64,000 nucleotides of DNA from Alphaproteobacteria bacterium. GTDB lineage: Bacteria > Pseudomonadota > Alphaproteobacteria > UBA828. The DNA lies in contig CBDCCI010000002.1 of the NCBI GenBank assembly GCA_965214705.1, positions 1,696,001-1,760,000 on the forward strand, written 5' to 3'. The notes beneath the pieces were generated by a model, which was not told the DNA's origin, did no database searches, and was given only the letters and a program-made list of their open reading frames with translations. A program made the position numbers and the translations under genes. Shown one piece after another: positions 63,261 through 64,000 of this stretch. How positions within the stretch are numbered: position 1 is the stretch's first letter; the number at the start of each line of letters is the position of its first letter.

Positions 63261-64000
63261 TCATCGGGGATTCGCATGTTCTGGCAGGATGACTGCCGCG
63301 GCCCGGTCTATGGCGGCAAAAACGCCCTGCTCGTCCAGCAGCGAGCGAATCCGACTCGATGCGGCGACCTGACCATATCGAGCGGTTTGCCGGGAGAGCC
63401 AAGTCCTAGCGGCCCGCTCAGCTCGATTGCACAGACGCGCCAGGTCGCGATGCACCTCGTCGGTGGCATCGTAGCGGGGGATCGGGATCGTGCGCCAGGG
63501 ATGTTGATGGAAGTCCCGGCCGCTCGTTCGAGATTCCTGGAATGCCCGCGACAGGCAAGGAGCATTCAGGAGTGCGGTCAGATATCCAGCTTCTCCGGCG
63601 CTGGCTGCGTTGAAGTAGTAGAGGGTGTCGTCAACGACAAACGACCTCGCTTGGCTCCGAGCTCCCCGCATGATGTCTCCCGACTTCGGATACAGGACGA
63701 GGGTTCGCCGTGTGCCCGCGCGGGCTAACTGCCCGGAGAGCTTGCCGTTGTGGTCAAGCTGCGCAATCAGCCTTTCCGGGGTATTGCGGCCGCGTCCGCG
63801 GAACTCGTCATAGGCGGCATCCAGAACCCGCCAGAAAGGAGAGAAGCGTTCGGGAGCCTCTTCCAGTTGCCCGTCGGCGTCCGTCGGGATGATCGCGCGC
63901 GGCAACTCTGGAAGGATTGCAAACGCGAACATCTCCTTCGAGGTCAGCAGCTCCCGAGCCCAGCGTGCGGGAACGACACCGGTCTGCGGCTCAAGTTCCG
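63261..64000 (-). CDS. C-terminal (target-recognition-like) part of a probable N6-adenine methyltransferase / type IIG R-M protein, partial
   Basis: VVDDTLYY..EAGYLTALLNA..RDFHQHPW..IPIPRYD..HRDLARL pattern. Catalytic motifs lie outside the window. Confidence 0.6.
   Translation of the reverse strand, partial: ELEPQTGVVPARWARELLTSKEMFAFAILPELPRAIIPTDADGQLEEAPERFSPFWRVLDAAYDEFRGRGRNTPERLIAQLDHNGKLSGQLARAGTRRTLVLYPKSGDIMRGARSQARSFVVDDTLYYFNAASAGEAGYLTALLNAPCLSRAFQESRTSGRDFHQHPWRTIPIPRYDATDEVHRDLARLCNRAERAARTWLSRQTARYGQVAASSRIRSLLDEQGVFAAIDRAAAVILPEHANPR

Larger units (their letters stand above)
55275..64000 (+). mobile_element. Second dual-tyrosine-recombinase element (integrase-proximal end; far end probably beyond the window)
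   Basis: 55275-55393 is the inverted homologue of 45867-45985; flank reads CGAGC-GGTGT on the minus strand. Confidence 0.8.

Overview
GC-rich, probably alphaproteobacterial window that is almost entirely nested mobile DNA. Little host backbone remains: tRNA-Met, tRNA-Arg(CCT), an SDR oxidoreductase and a glutamine-synthetase-like/amidohydrolase/N-formylglutamate amidohydrolase operon. (1) Six near-identical copies (one partial) of a 2,666-bp element encode a tyrosine recombinase plus an IS91-family HUH/Y2 transposase. It inserts without target duplication, mostly just 5' of TT(G). Its joined ends fold into a 33-bp hairpin with a 4-nt bulge at the junction, which suggests base-pair-guided target choice. 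(2) A transposon family I could not assign to a named type is built on two tandem arm-type tyrosine recombinases. One 20.9-kb copy (25120-45985) is bounded by a 10-bp direct repeat, and a second starts at 55275. All four junctions share an N5-GGTGT motif, and cargo includes defence-like genes and an IHF subunit. Also present: one IS1380 stretched over 32 kb by nested insertions, an ORF-less group II intron in IS66, several IS110/IS1111 elements whose non-coding ends show guide-like matches to their own junctions, three MITEs, a broken Dsr1-like sirtuin, a DUF4338-ISAs1 fusion, and IS4/IS5/IS66/IS630/IS1634/RIT copies or remnants. Family calls come from motif recognition by eye; no database search was run.
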